Part shown: positions 36,401-48,454 of the stretch, piece by piece
How the letters are laid out: each line of letters begins with the position of its first letter
How positions within the stretch are numbered: position 1 is the first letter of the stretch
Assembly (NCBI GenBank): GCA_013239625.1
Contig: MU053216.1
Coordinates: forward strand, 806,001 to 870,000
Source of the DNA: Lama guanicoe
Lineage: Eukaryota
DNA: 64,000 nucleotides
Reading direction: 5' to 3'
Notes under the pieces: model-generated
Databases searched by the model: none
Told to the model about the DNA's origin: nothing
What the model saw: only the letters and a program-made list of their open reading frames with translations
Program-made: the position numbers and the translations under genes

Positions 36401-39400
36401 CCCTCCAGAGACAGGCTGGAGGAGAGGAGGTCTGTCAAGGGTCAGGTGCACCTGGATGTTCCTGGGAAGGGAGATGGAAGTGTGCCTCACTGCCGCCTCC
36501 CGGAGGCCTGGCACAGGTCTCTGGTTTCTGGCGGGGAACTGACAGTTGGACGCGCAACGAGCCCAGGCTGGCCCCAGAAAAGAGGCAAGAAGCAGGGACC
36601 GCACTGCAGAGCTGCGGCTGCACCAGTCAGCACCCAGGCAGCCCCCGACCAACCGGCCAACCAGATGACAAGACGCCTGGAGGCCGCCCTGAGCCGGCAG
36701 AGGGGGAGGGTGGGGAGGAGTGGGGTGGACAGGGGAAGGTCGGGAAGGAAGAAATGTGGGCGGGAGGACGCTGGTGTCTTTCAATCAAATGCAAATTTAG
36801 GTAGACAGCATGCAAAATGACATGTCTAATTTTTGCGTCTGCAGTTGGGGCGGTGTCTGGAGGGGGACCAGCACCCGGGGGAGATGCTTCTTGAGAACAT
36901 GATCGACACACGCAGGAAGGACGGATGGACAAGTCACCTGGCGGGGAGACAGCAGGACAGAGACAGGCCCGAGGAGACCCAGAGGGGAGAGGGGCGTTCT
37001 GGCTGTGGGCAGGGGCAAAGGGGGCAGGTGGAGGGCACGCTAAGGCTCAGGAGCAAGGGCCTGGAAAATACATGGCTCTGAGGACAAACGGCAGAGGGCC
37101 TCCCAGCTACTTGACACAGAGGCAGGATGTGAGCACAGGTTAGCCCCCCCCGCCCCCAATGCCCTGTGTGTTCTGTGTCCTCCCTCCCAGGACCCCCAGG
37201 GTGAGAGGTGAGGACTTAGAACTCGCAGAGCTGCTACAGCCAGCTTGGGCTTAGAAGCTAGGAACTTTATGACTGATTCAGAGACACGGTTTCAGCAGGA
37301 AACCCAACCTGGATGCGGAACGTGGGGAAATGGCAGGAACCCAGCCCCTGCTCAGCTCAGGCCAGGCTGGGCGCCTCAGGCTCAGAGGCAGGGCTGGATC
37401 CTCTGTGGCAAATCCCTTCCCATCCCCCATCCTGCCTCCCACCCCTAAGAGGCCAGTGGGCGCCCCCAACCCCCATCCCCAGGCCCCAGCCTCATGCTTG
37501 CGGGAAATAACCGGTCAGCAACTCCCCAGCCACCTGTTCTCCCCCGAGATGAGGGGAGGAGCCAGGACGACGTGGCCTCGTCCCCTCCAGATGTCCTCCC
37601 GGCTGTGTGAGAGCAGGCCACAGGGCGGATGCCAAGCCTCAGCCCTGGGGGCACCCCAGGACTACCAAGGGGTTGCTGGCCAGTGGAGGGGCTGGGGACA
37701 GGGCAGGACTGCGTTAGGGGACCTGTGGTGGAGAGGGGACAGGTAAGGCCGAGACAAAGCTGGAGGGCAGGCCGAGCGCCCCCGCAGAAGTGAGCACTCC
37801 TTCTGCCGACTCTCTCCACCTCCCCCACAGTTCAGACGCTTTTTTCACACTGTTTCTGCTCGTTCCTTTTTATCAGAGTCTAAACAGCTGCTCAGCTGAT
37901 GCATGACCTCAGAAACACTTGACAAAGTTGACTTCTGGAGAATGCGCTTTCCCTCCCTCCTTGTGACGGCTGTCAGGCCCCCGGCCCCAGGGGAGACCGG
38001 CTGATTTCTGGCACAGAGGCGGCCGGAGCTGTGGGCACCACAACCGGCCACGAGGGCCTGGGGCAGAAGTGAGAATCTGTGGCACAGAAGGCGAGGAACC
38101 ACCAGGGCGGGGGGCAGGACCCCTGAGCAGGAAAGGTGCTCGACAGGCCAGGTCCCCCCAGACCCGGAAACCTGGCTGGACCCCACCCCTCCCCCCAGTC
38201 CTGCAAGATGCCCCGTGTCCTGTAACAGACGCCCCCTTCCCCTGAGCTGGCCCCAGGGGCTTCCACAGACACAACCGAGAGTCCAAGCTAAAACACTGGG
38301 CCGAACCGCAGCAGGTCCGTAACCGGCACCAGCCTGCGGGAGACGCCGCTGGGACCACCAGCCCCCAGGGGGTCTGCGGGGCCCAGGAATCAGTACAATG
38401 AGGCTAAAACCGCACCTAACTCACTAGGCTGTTCTCGACAGTCAGATGAGCTACTGGCCCAGCGCTCAGCCGGACACAGCACGTAGCACGTGACAGATGT
38501 TACCAACAGTCCCCGGGTCGTCCATGGAGCGAACCCCGCCTCGCCCAGACACAGCACTTGTCCAAGTCTCCTCCAGAAATCACTGGCCAAGGACGGGCAA
38601 GAGGGGAGGAAAGGGGAAGTCAGGCCTGAGATGCAGACGGGGCTGGATCTGCGGCCCCAGCCCCAGGCTGGCCCTCCGCTGCAGCGGCTCAGCTGATAGC
38701 CACACCACCCCATCCTGAGCTGCAAGCTGGCAGGCCTGAGCCCTCTCTTACCACCAAGGAGGCTGAGACATTAAGGGGCTTAAATTCAAGATCACGTTAC
38801 GAGTGACAGATCCAGGGAGCAGCTCACCCCAGGTGGACATCTGGTCCCCTGACTCCTGACTGCTCTAGGCATCCACACTGTGGCCACTGACCTTCCTGTC
38901 GGTGGGGGGCAGCCCTCTCCCCAAGAGCCGTCCTGCAGCTCTGGGCGTGGCTGTGTCACCACGCAGCCCACCGCGTGGTGCTGTGACCGCCTGTCTGCCG
39001 AGGGCTGGAAAGAACTGGTTCTCACAGCCCAGCTCTCGGGACCACGGGCGCAAAGGTTCGAGGTTCTCTAGGGGCGGGGTGGGGGCCGACGTGGCCACTT
39101 GTATACGAGGCGGAGGAGTCCAGCGGCTCCTCTTAATCTCAGCTTTATGTGACCCCCGTGTGACCACCGTGTGACTCTCGGGCTCCACTGAGCTTCCTGC
39201 CTCCAAGTCCGTGTCTGAGCGGGGCTCCCAGTCACCCGCAATGCCCCCGGAGGGCCAGACTAGCTGTTAAAAAAGATGAACTGCTCTCATGCCCGCAGGC
39301 AAATGACAGTCCCTCCTCCACCCTGGCCACGCAGCCCCCCCGGGAACCCCCACACTCCGCACTCCCATCCGGTGTGGCGGGGAGCCCCGCCTCCTCCCAG

Positions 39401-39857
39401 CCCACAGCCTGTGAAACTCTGAGCATTGTGAAGCCTTGTGCGTGGGACCCGTGAACAGCATCTCACTGTGGGGCTAAAGTGGCTCCTACAAAGCGCTCAG
39501 CTCGCCAGCCAACAGGGGCGTGTCCGTCGCTGCCGTGCACACTCCCAGAGACCTGCACCTGGGAGGGTCCCAGTGCTCCTCCGTGGGGCCTCGGGAGGGA
39601 GGCTGCCCACCCACCCGCAGAGCACAGGGCCGGTCAGCATCTCAGGCACTGGTGCTTCTTCCTGGGAGCCCGAGCCCTGAAGCCAGGCCCTCGATGGCCC
39701 CCAAGCCAGTGTCCAGCAGGGAGGCTCTGCCTGGCGCCCAGGAGGCCCTCGATGTGCAGGAGCAGGAGCAGCCCCTCCACGCCGCTTGCTGAGCTGCAAG
39801 CCAACCCCACTGGGCGGGCACAGCAGCCCCAGGCTGAGCCCTGAGCCTCATGTCCCC

Positions 39858-39915
39858 GCCGCCCCACGTGGCAGTGGCTGCCGCCCCACGTGGCAGTGGC
39901 TGCCGCCCCACGTGG
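39858..39915. repeat. 22-bp tandem repeat, about 2.6 copies (GCCGCCCCACGTGGCAGTGGCT)
   Basis: Directly visible head-to-tail copies starting at 39858, 39880 and 39902. Confidence 0.9.
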
Positions 39916-41503
39916 TAGCGGGTGCCTCCCGACCCGGGGTGGCCTTCTCTGCTGCTGTCACGCCCTCCCGCCCAGGGCAGGATGACGGGGAGGCCAGGCA
40001 GGGGCGGCCCCAGCAACCCCCAGACACCATGTCACCATCAGCGGAAACAGACATGGTGACACACCTGCAGCCTCTGGCACCCCTGAGCTCTTGGATGACG
40101 CCCCCTGGGGTCACCCAGCCTCCAGGACAGAGCCAAACACCCCAGCTCCTGGGACAGGGGGAGCCCAAGAACGCCCAGGGCCCGGCAACTGGAACAGCCC
40201 GTGGCGTCCCAAGGAACAGGAAGGGGAAGGCACGAACCTGGGACAAGGTCCCTAGCCCTCCACTGGGCATCCTCACCACCTGGGGCCCTCGTGGCCGGGC
40301 CGCCTGCTTGCTCCACCCTCTCGAGGACCATCTGCTCCCAGGGCTCCCAGCCAGTGGGTTCCAGCCCAGTCCTTCCACTCCATCCAAGCAAAGCTGGCGC
40401 CTGGGAGGCCTTTTTCCCTGAGCCAAGTGCTTCCGACCCCTTTAAATGGCTCCCCACCCCTGCGGAAGGCTTCCCGGGTGGACCAAGCAAGCTGGAGCTG
40501 ACAGGCGGTGCCCACCCACAGACCAAGCGTGCTGCGTGCTGTGGGGATGCTCCACAGGCTCTCCGCAGGTCGGTCGGCGCGCGGGTGCTGCCGGGGCCAG
40601 TCTGGTTCAGCTTTGCTGTGGGCTGGGCGTCTGCCTCCGGCCAGGCACTCCCCAGGGCTGGGGGCAGAGGGGGACTGCACCCTCGGGCCGAATCAGAGCT
40701 GCTGCCAATCAGAGGGACAGCCCCTCAGCCCCGCTGCAGGGCCCTCTGCTGTGAGGGCCCTCTCCACTCAGCACACAGATGTGGGACTTGGGAGGCCCCG
40801 CGCCAGCATGGGATTCTGCGGGGACTTCTGGGGCGAGCCTTGATGTCTGCCGTTTGAACGTCCGTCCAGAGCCTCCTGCAGGCCCCGGGGCCTGTCACAG
40901 TCATGTCATGGGCTCCCCAACCTGCCTGTCCACCTCTCCACCTCCCTCCCGGTCTCCCTCAGCCAGACGGTGACCCTGATTAAGCCCTCATTTACCTCCT
41001 CCTCTCTGTTTCCAGTCCCTCCCGTTTCTGCTGCCAGGATCCCAACCCTTGTCTGTGCCCCTCCACACCTCATCCCACAGGCCGACAGCTCCAGCCCCCT
41101 CACTCTCCTCCCCAGCCCTTCTCGGCGTCCTCATGGCCTCCGCCCCACACTGGAAGGAGCATGGATCCCTCTTGTCCCCTCACGCAGCAGGTCAGCGGCC
41201 GGCCAGCAGGGCCCAAAGCCTGAACCTCAGGAGCACAGCACTCTGTCCAACAGCCACCGCTTGTCAGCAACCCTGAATTAAACGGACCAAACTCAACATT
41301 TGGCGGGGGCGGCTTGAGGCTTCTGGAAGCGGTACCCCGCGGGGTGAAGGTCAAGTCCTGGCTCTGCTGCTCACCTGCCCTCTGGTCCAGTGGGAGACCT
41401 GTCATTCAGTGCCCCCATCTGCTCAGCTTTGAGCACCTGAACCTCGGGGTCACTGTGGGCACTGAGTGACCTACCAGACGTCGGGAGCCGGAACGTGGTT
41501 CTC

Positions 41504-41629
41504 GGGGAGGAGGGTACAGCTCAGCAGTAGCGTGCGTGAGGTCCTGGGCTCCATCCCCGGTACCTCCATTACAAATTTTAAAAACCTAATACCTCCCCCA
41601 ACCAAGAAAAAAACTAAGAACAAGAAGAA
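41504..41629 (+). mobile_element. Vic-1-type camelid tRNA-derived SINE
   Basis: GGGGAGGAGGGTACAGCTCAGCAGTAG...GAGGTCCTGGGCTCCATCCCCGGTACCTCCATT...AAACCTAATACCTCCCCC followed by an A-rich tail. Confidence 0.85.
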
Positions 41630-44600
41630 CACACGTCACACAGCCAGGGACGGGCGGGTGCTGGCTGCTGTTAGGCCACCGCTGACTCCGGGCCTACTTT
41701 TTCTCTCCTGGTGGAGAGTCGGGTCCCAGGCCTCCTGGGTGGCTGCCAGCTCCCCCTGAAGGGAAGGCCTGTCCACCGGGTCACCAAAGGCAGAGGGAGC
41801 CTGTGCCCCGGGAGCAACAGCCTCACGGTGTTTTTCTGGGGGAGGAGCCAGGGCGGCCCAACCCTATGGTCTCTGCCGGCGGTGGGGGGGGTCTGTCTGG
41901 GGGAAGCTGTTCCACCCTGGTCAGCCTTCCGGCTCTTTCTTGCCCACCCAGCACTGCACACACACAAATGCACCTTCAGTATGCGTGCAGCTGTCGGAGG
42001 CCAACGAGTGTGCAAGCACTTCTGTGCCCTGCCCACGGTGCGTCCTCCGAGCACCCCTGCCTCCCAGCCCCGCCTCATCCTGGGGGTTTACATCCAGAAG
42101 CCACGCGCTCCATCACCCAGTACATCCTCGCACACCTGCCTAAGTCTCGTCCTCTCAACACCCACTACCTTCCTACCCAGCCCAAGGTCACGGCGGGCAG
42201 TCTGGCTCTCCAAGGAAACGTCTGCGCTTGTGACCAGATCACCCCAACGGCAACACCCCAACCGGACACCCTTCAAGACGACCTGGCTGCCCGGGACCAG
42301 TGTGGGGTCCGCACTTGCTCTTGGCTTCCCATCCCCGACACGGGAGCAAGCGCCCCGGAAGCTGGTGCAGAGTGAGCACTGCACAGAAATTAGAAGACCG
42401 GGCAGGAACCGCCCGCTGCGGAGGCCCTGAAACGTGTCATCAGGACGTCGAAAACAGGTCTGATGAGGCCCGGGCCGAGGCTGCCGGCGGGGGCTTAGCT
42501 GAGGCTGAGCTGGACAAGAACCGGTGTCACACAGGCAGTGCTGGCAGCGGGAGCTGGAACCAGCCAGTGCAGGTGCCCCGGGAGTGAGCCCAGAACCTGC
42601 CAGCAGCAGTGCCCACGCTCTCCCACCCCCGCCACGGCTCCAGTCGGGAAGTCCATCCTTGCAATCTATGTGCTGTGCAGAGAGAAGAGCCCGGCCCCAC
42701 CACCCTTCCAGGCATGCAGGCTGTGACCACGCCGGACACACCCTTGGCACAGCTCTGGGAGAGAAACATGGCTCCTGGGGCATCTCCCGGGTCTGTGCCC
42801 CGACGCCTGTGGGTCAGAAGGAGGGAAGCAGAGACCCTGGTGTGTTGGACTCAAGAGGCTCTGGCTTCCTCTCTCTGCAGGGGGCCCCATCCCTAGGAGC
42901 CACAGTAGGGGAAGGTGTGAGACACTGTGCCTGTCGCGAGGGCTGACCCAGGGTTCCCAGGGCTTCCGTCGCGGCCCATGCAGGGCCCACGCAGGGCCAG
43001 CGAGCTAAGCCTGGCCCCCCGCCCTTCCTGTGCAGGAGAGGGAAGGCTGCGGGCTCTGGGGACATCAAATGCATCTGGGTAATCCAAACGGGGTTTGGTG
43101 GAGGTCAGCCAGCGCAAACGAGAAACACGTGGCGTCCAATTCCCCTCGGCTGGCTGGCCATCACAGGGCTTCCAGGCCCAGGGGACCCTGCGGAGGAGAG
43201 CCCAGGCAGGCCAGGTGCTGAGGTGCAGACATTATGAGGGGCCCAGGAGTCAGGGGAACACCTCAGCTCCGCCCCCTACCAAGGCTGATTCCAAAAGAAA
43301 AGACAAACGGGAGAAAAATAAAAAGATGCAATGGGATGTGGATGGCGTCCGACCTCAGATACAAGGAAAGGCATCTGAGAGGCAGGCCACCTTTATCCGT
43401 GAGGATCCAGAGAGCAGGTCTCCACTCACTGGTGGAAATGCTGAGAAAGCAGAAACTTGGCTCAAGGGGCTTTCCCATGATGAGTGCTTTCCAGGGAAAT
43501 AAGGTAGTGAGCCCTCTGTCACTAGAAGTGTGTAAACAGAACACCCACCTGCCTGTGACACTACAGAGGGAGTAATTCCGGCTTTAGGTGGGTGGCTCCA
43601 CCAGACAATTTCCATTCTGTGGTTCTGCGAAATCCCAGGGAAGGGCGAGGGAGGCGGGTGTTCTGCGTGGAGAAGGATGTCTCTCCCCTGGCTGTTCAAG
43701 GAGACGTTGGGGAGCTGCAGGGATGGGCCTGGGGGCTCCGCTCAGCCTGGTCCGCGAAGGACTGGTTCTCCCTGAGCCCCACGGGGCAGCCTGCACCTCC
43801 AGCCCTCGTGGTGAGAGGCTGTGAGCTGGGGGTATGTGTGTGGAGGGTCGGCCCGGAGAAGGGCAAGGCTGGGAGCAGGTGACGAGGGTGGGTGGCTCTC
43901 TTCCTTCACCTGTGACTCGACAAGCCTGGGGAGGTCGGAAGTGAGTGTCCTCACTCTCCTGCTGGGCCCTGGGAGACCCCTGGGAAGTCACCGCAGGCCG
44001 AGAGTGCTGGGCGAGCCTGCACACACGGTCTATTTGCTCTGAGACTCCCAAGAATCCTCTACCCACCCGAACCCCCAGTGCACTGAAGGAAAAGGGGAAA
44101 AAATGGTTTGGGAAGCCATTACTTCTCTCCCCTATTCAAGCATCCCAGAATACAATCTCTGGAGCAAACCCCCTCCTCAAAATAAAACAAAACCAAAACC
44201 CCACATCAACCAACTGGCTTAGAAAGAGATCATGTCCTGACTTCCTTCCCCTGCTCTGTTCAGCCTCCAAGGGCCTGACCATTGTCGTGGCAACCCTTCC
44301 GTGGGTCCCACCCCTGAGGGAGTGGGACCAGGAACTCCAGTCGCCTGGGCTCCTGAGGCCCGGACTTCACCGCGGGCCAGGAGGGCTGAAGAGGGACACA
44401 TGCTGACTTTGCTCTGAAGCCCTTGGGCCCAGGGCTGACCAGTGGAGGAGGTGGGTGGGCGGGACTGTGTATGCAACTGCTCCAGATCGATACCAGCTCT
44501 GTGTAAGCAGTCCAGGGCACCTCCAAGGTCTGACCCCCTCCATCTGCACCCCTCCCCAATCCCGACAGGTAAGGGGGAGACTCTCACAAGTGGGGAAACT

Positions 44601-45799
44601 GAGTCCCAGAAGAGGCCACGGAGCTCAGGACTTCTGCACAGGGAACTCAGGACTGTGGCCCTCTGACTGCCCCAGACCCAGGCCAGGGGCTGGAGACCTG
44701 TCCTCTGGGAGTCAAACCGCCTGATGTAGACTGTCCACCAGGGTCTAAGGGCACCTGATTCCTGAGACAGGCCCCTTTCCCTTGGGCACTCACCCCTCAG
44801 TCTTCCAAGTGTCTAAGGTTCCCCAGTGGGACCTGAGTCTTTTGGCAGCTTCCAAAGTGGGGGAAGGGCAGGGCGCCTGCCTGGACCATCTGGGCCCCAG
44901 CTGATTTCTGGGAAGCAGTGATCAGCTTCATTCCCTTTTATTCCAGAAAGACTCTTATTTGGGGCTGCCTCACTCCCTCTCCCCACCAGAGACTGGGCTG
45001 GGCAGCTTCTTGGGTCGGAGATGGCCATGAGGAGTGAGAGTGTGTCCTGACCCTGAGCCTCACGGTGCAGAACCTGTGTCTTTCGCCACCATCCGGAGAC
45101 ACCGAGGGGTCCACTCCTTCCTCCAGGAGCCATCCTGCTCTCCAGCGAGATCCTGACAACCTGGACACCTTCATGGGTTCTCCAGTCCCCCCACCCTGTC
45201 CCTGCCCCATGCAGGAGAGGGGCTTTGCCTGGTGGTCACCTGGCCCCTTCTGCCCCCTTCCCCACCACCATGCAATGCCCAGCACTGCCCTCCTGGGGAC
45301 AGCCGCACTGCCAGCACCCACTGGGGTCAGTCCAGGATGTTTGCCAGACTCCCTCCCTCTCTGTGGGGTCATCAGGGCGGGTCTGGTGGTGGCCCAAGCC
45401 CAGCACACACCAGCCTTGCTCAGGGACCTCTTCCCCTGCTGACTCCCCTCCCTCAGTCAGGTCTGACCTAGAGCTGCAACTCAGGACTCAGGACAGACGT
45501 GCAGAATCTGCCATCTCAACACTAACTCACAGGTGACCCCTAGGTCACTGATACCTCAGCCCCGCGCTTCCCCCACGGCCTGGGAAGTGGGGCGTGTTCC
45601 CCCTCACCGGAGAGTAGGGGGAGGGGCCACAGCTCAGGGTCTCCCCCTGCCCGGTCAGCTGGGGTGGGGGAGCTACGGGTCAGGGTTTCCACGGTCACTG
45701 CCTCTTGAGAAGCAGGCTTCAACCAGGCCTGCAGGTCCTGGGGCAGTGGTGGGCCCTGCAGGTCTGGGGAAGCCCTGACCTTGAAAGGGGAGCTGTGTC

Positions 45800-46115
45800 C
45801 TCTGCTCTCCTGTGTCCCTGACACTCCTGCCTGCTCCTCTCCAAGGAGAGTCCACGCCTTTACTCGCCTCCACATCATCCCCACCCTCCTCTCAGCCCTC
45901 AGGGAGTGTCCTCCCTGTCCGCCCAGTGTCACCTTCTCTGGCCTTGGTCACAACTCAGTGACCACCTCCCTAGAGAGGCGTCTACTTCCTGGTCCCTCTC
46001 CTGCACCAGCCCCCTCTCATTTCCTCCACAGGCCTCCCTGGCCCCTGCAATCGTTTTTTCCTTTTCTCCTACATTGTCTGTCTCCCCCAGTTAGACAGTA
46101 CGTTCCTTGAGGGCA
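45800..46115 (+). mobile_element. L2 LINE fragment
   Basis: tgaccacctccctagagaggc ... ttgtctgtctcccccagttagacagtacgttccttgagggcag. Confidence 0.5.
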
Positions 46116-47671
46116 GCACTGGGCACGGGGATGGGGGAGGCCGCTCCCCAGCTTCCGCACCCCACCCCGAGTCGTCCCTGCGGAGGCCAGGTCTTCGGGC
46201 TGCTCTCCAGGGAAAGGCCGAGCCTCCCTCTTTGCCCTTGTCCAGTCCCCTGGCGTTCCCTGCAAAGCCCATTATGCGGCCTCCTCTGCGAGGCTCGGAA
46301 TCCAGAGCTCCAAACACTGCCCCTGGTCAGAGGTGCCTCGTCCTGGCCCACACGGGGCCCGGGGGCCCAGGAAGGTTGCACAGTTCGGCCAGTCTTCCCA
46401 GCCCTGCATTCTCCAGGCCGCCAGCCGACTACCCCACCCCCCATTCCCACGCGCCCCACCTCCTCCTGCCCATCACTCGGACCGCAGCCAGCGTCGGCCC
46501 CGCCCCTCACACGCGCACGGCCCCGCCCCTTCCCAGCCCCCAGCGGGGCGGGCGGCCAGCCTGGTACCCGGGAAGCTCGGGTCCCTGGGCGCGGGAGACC
46601 CACATCCCAGCTACCGCAACAAGTCCGCGGAGCCACGGCGGCTGCCCGGCTCCAGGCCTCGCCGCCGTCCTCTCGTGGCCCCGGCACGACCCTTGCCGGC
46701 TCCCGAGGCCCGGCGGCCTCGCGTCCTGCACTCCCCGGCTCTATCCTTCTCAGGGCATGGGTTCCCCGGGGAAAGCAAGCGCAGTTCCGGGGCCCGCTCC
46801 GGGTGTTTTGCATAGACTGCTCAGGCTTGGAGAACAATGGGCCAGCTCTCTGCGCTTCCTCCGCCCGGGCGAGCTTTGTTCCTTCCCGCCCGCTCGGCTT
46901 CCATTAGCCAAAGGGCAAAGGCTTTCCAGTCAACCAGGAGTCTCGGCGCGAACGCCCAGACCTTCCCACACGCTCTAAAAACCCGGCGGGGGCAGGGGCG
47001 GGGGCGGGGGAGTTGGGCCAGAGCCCGGGCCGAGGTACAGGACAAGCATCCAGATGCGCGCAGCTGGCTGTCCGCCTGCCCCCGGGCCCCTGACGTGTCT
47101 CCTTGCCAGAACCCCCACACCCGGGAAATCCGACTCTGCTCCCACCGGGGATCCACAGAGGAAGTGCAGCCTCAGCTCCGCTCGGGGCCGAACAGCCCTC
47201 ACAGCTGCTCTCCCCGCATCTGCCGTCTAGATCGGCTCCCGCTGGGCGCTCCCCTGGCCGTGCTGCATGCTCTCCGGCCCAGCACAGACCACCACACAGC
47301 TGAGGTCTCCACCAGACCCCCAGATTTTGCCATATTAAGATTCTGGGCTTTAAGACTGGAGGAAGCAGATGGGTTCTACCTGGAGAAGCGACGGTCCCCA
47401 CCCCACTGTCCAGCCTCACCTGAGTGAGGCCAAAGCAGAGCTCCGGCTCCTGCCTGGGGACGTGTCTATCACGGCGCACCTGGGCCACATGCACCTGGAG
47501 GTGGGCCAGCCCTGTACATCTGGCCGCAGCGTCGCGGCGCAGCCTGACCCGGGTCCGCAGAGCCCCGCCGGGGGAGGAGGGCAGGGTGAGCCCCGCTCTC
47601 CCCACACCCTCCCTCGCAGCGGGCAGCGGGCGCGGGGAAAGGCAGGGGTGGGGAGAGGAGGCAGGACTCAC

Positions 47672-48419
47672 CCAGCACCTGGCTGAAGAGCAGCTGCTCC
47701 AGGTCTCCCAGCACGGTCACCACGAGCTCGGGGTCCACCTTGAGGAAGGCACGCTCCTCCTGGCCCTTGGCGGGGGGCACGGGCCCGGAGCCCTTTTGCG
47801 CCTTGGCCTTGCTGGAGAGCAGCTCGTCGTCCGACTTGCCGTCGTCGCTCACGGCCGCCTCCGGAGCCTTGCTGAGAGGCTTGACCTCGGCGTAGGGGCC
47901 GCGCGGGATCCGGCTCGGCTTCCCCAAGCTAGGCGCGAGCGGGGCCAGGGGGGTCTTGGCGCCGCCCGCCGGGCCGCCCTTGGCCTGGAAGAGCGAGTGC
48001 TCCGACTTGGACAGCGTCTTGGACATCAGCGGGGCCTCGCGGCCTTTGGACCCCGCCTTGCCCAGGCCCTTGGGCGCCTTGGCCATGTCGTCGCTCCACT
48101 CGGGCTCGTAGAGCTGCATCTTCTTCTCGGAGTCCGTGAGGAACGAGAGGTTGGTGAGCGACTTCTGCTTGCGCAGGTTGGAGGCGGGCGGCGCGCCNNN
48201 NNNNNNNNNNNNNNNNNNNNNNNNNNNNNNNNNNNNNNNNNNNNNNNNNNNNNNNNNNNNNNNNNNNNNNNNNNNNNNNNNNNNNNNNNNNNNNNNNNNN
48301 NNNNNNNNNNNNNNNNNNNNNNNNNNNNNNNNNNCGGCGCCCCGCGGCTCGTCCGCGCCCTCGTCGCCGCAGCTCAGCTCCACTTCGGGCTGCACGCTCT
48401 TCACGCTGCCGCCCAGCAT
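47672..48419 (-). CDS. NAV1: NAV1 exon carrying the classic start codon (MLGGSVKSVQPEVELS...DLEQLLFSQVL). As an internal exon it starts at 48454. Interrupted by an N-run at 48198-48334.
   Basis: Translation matches the recognised NAV1 N-terminus (SNLRKQKSLTNLSFLTDSEKK, KPSRIPRGPYAEVKPLSK, FLKVDPELVVTVLGDLEQLLFSQ). ATG at 48419. Donor G|GTGAGT at 47671, phase 1. The frame is the same on both sides of the N-run. Confidence 0.97.
48198..48334. other. Assembly gap (137 N) inside the NAV1 coding exon; a second gap lies at 48461-48522
   Basis: Run of N. Confidence 1.
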
Positions 48420-48454
48420 TCTGCCCGCGAGGAGCGCATGGACGATCCGCGCGT
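48420..48454 (-). CDS. NAV1: In-frame extension (DARIVHALLAGR) between the splice acceptor and the classic ATG
   Basis: ctgcag|AC GCG CGG ATC GTC CAT GCG CTC CTC GCG GGC AGA ATG with no stop. A pyrimidine-rich minus strand lies beyond the adjacent N-run. Confidence 0.7.

Noticed and set aside
39858-39915. CRISPR-like array
   Set aside because: Head-to-tail repeats with no spacers, mammalian context and no cas genes.
41504-41570. tRNA gene
   Set aside because: tRNA-like head with an internal deletion, followed by a SINE body and A-tail. It is a Vic-1-type SINE.
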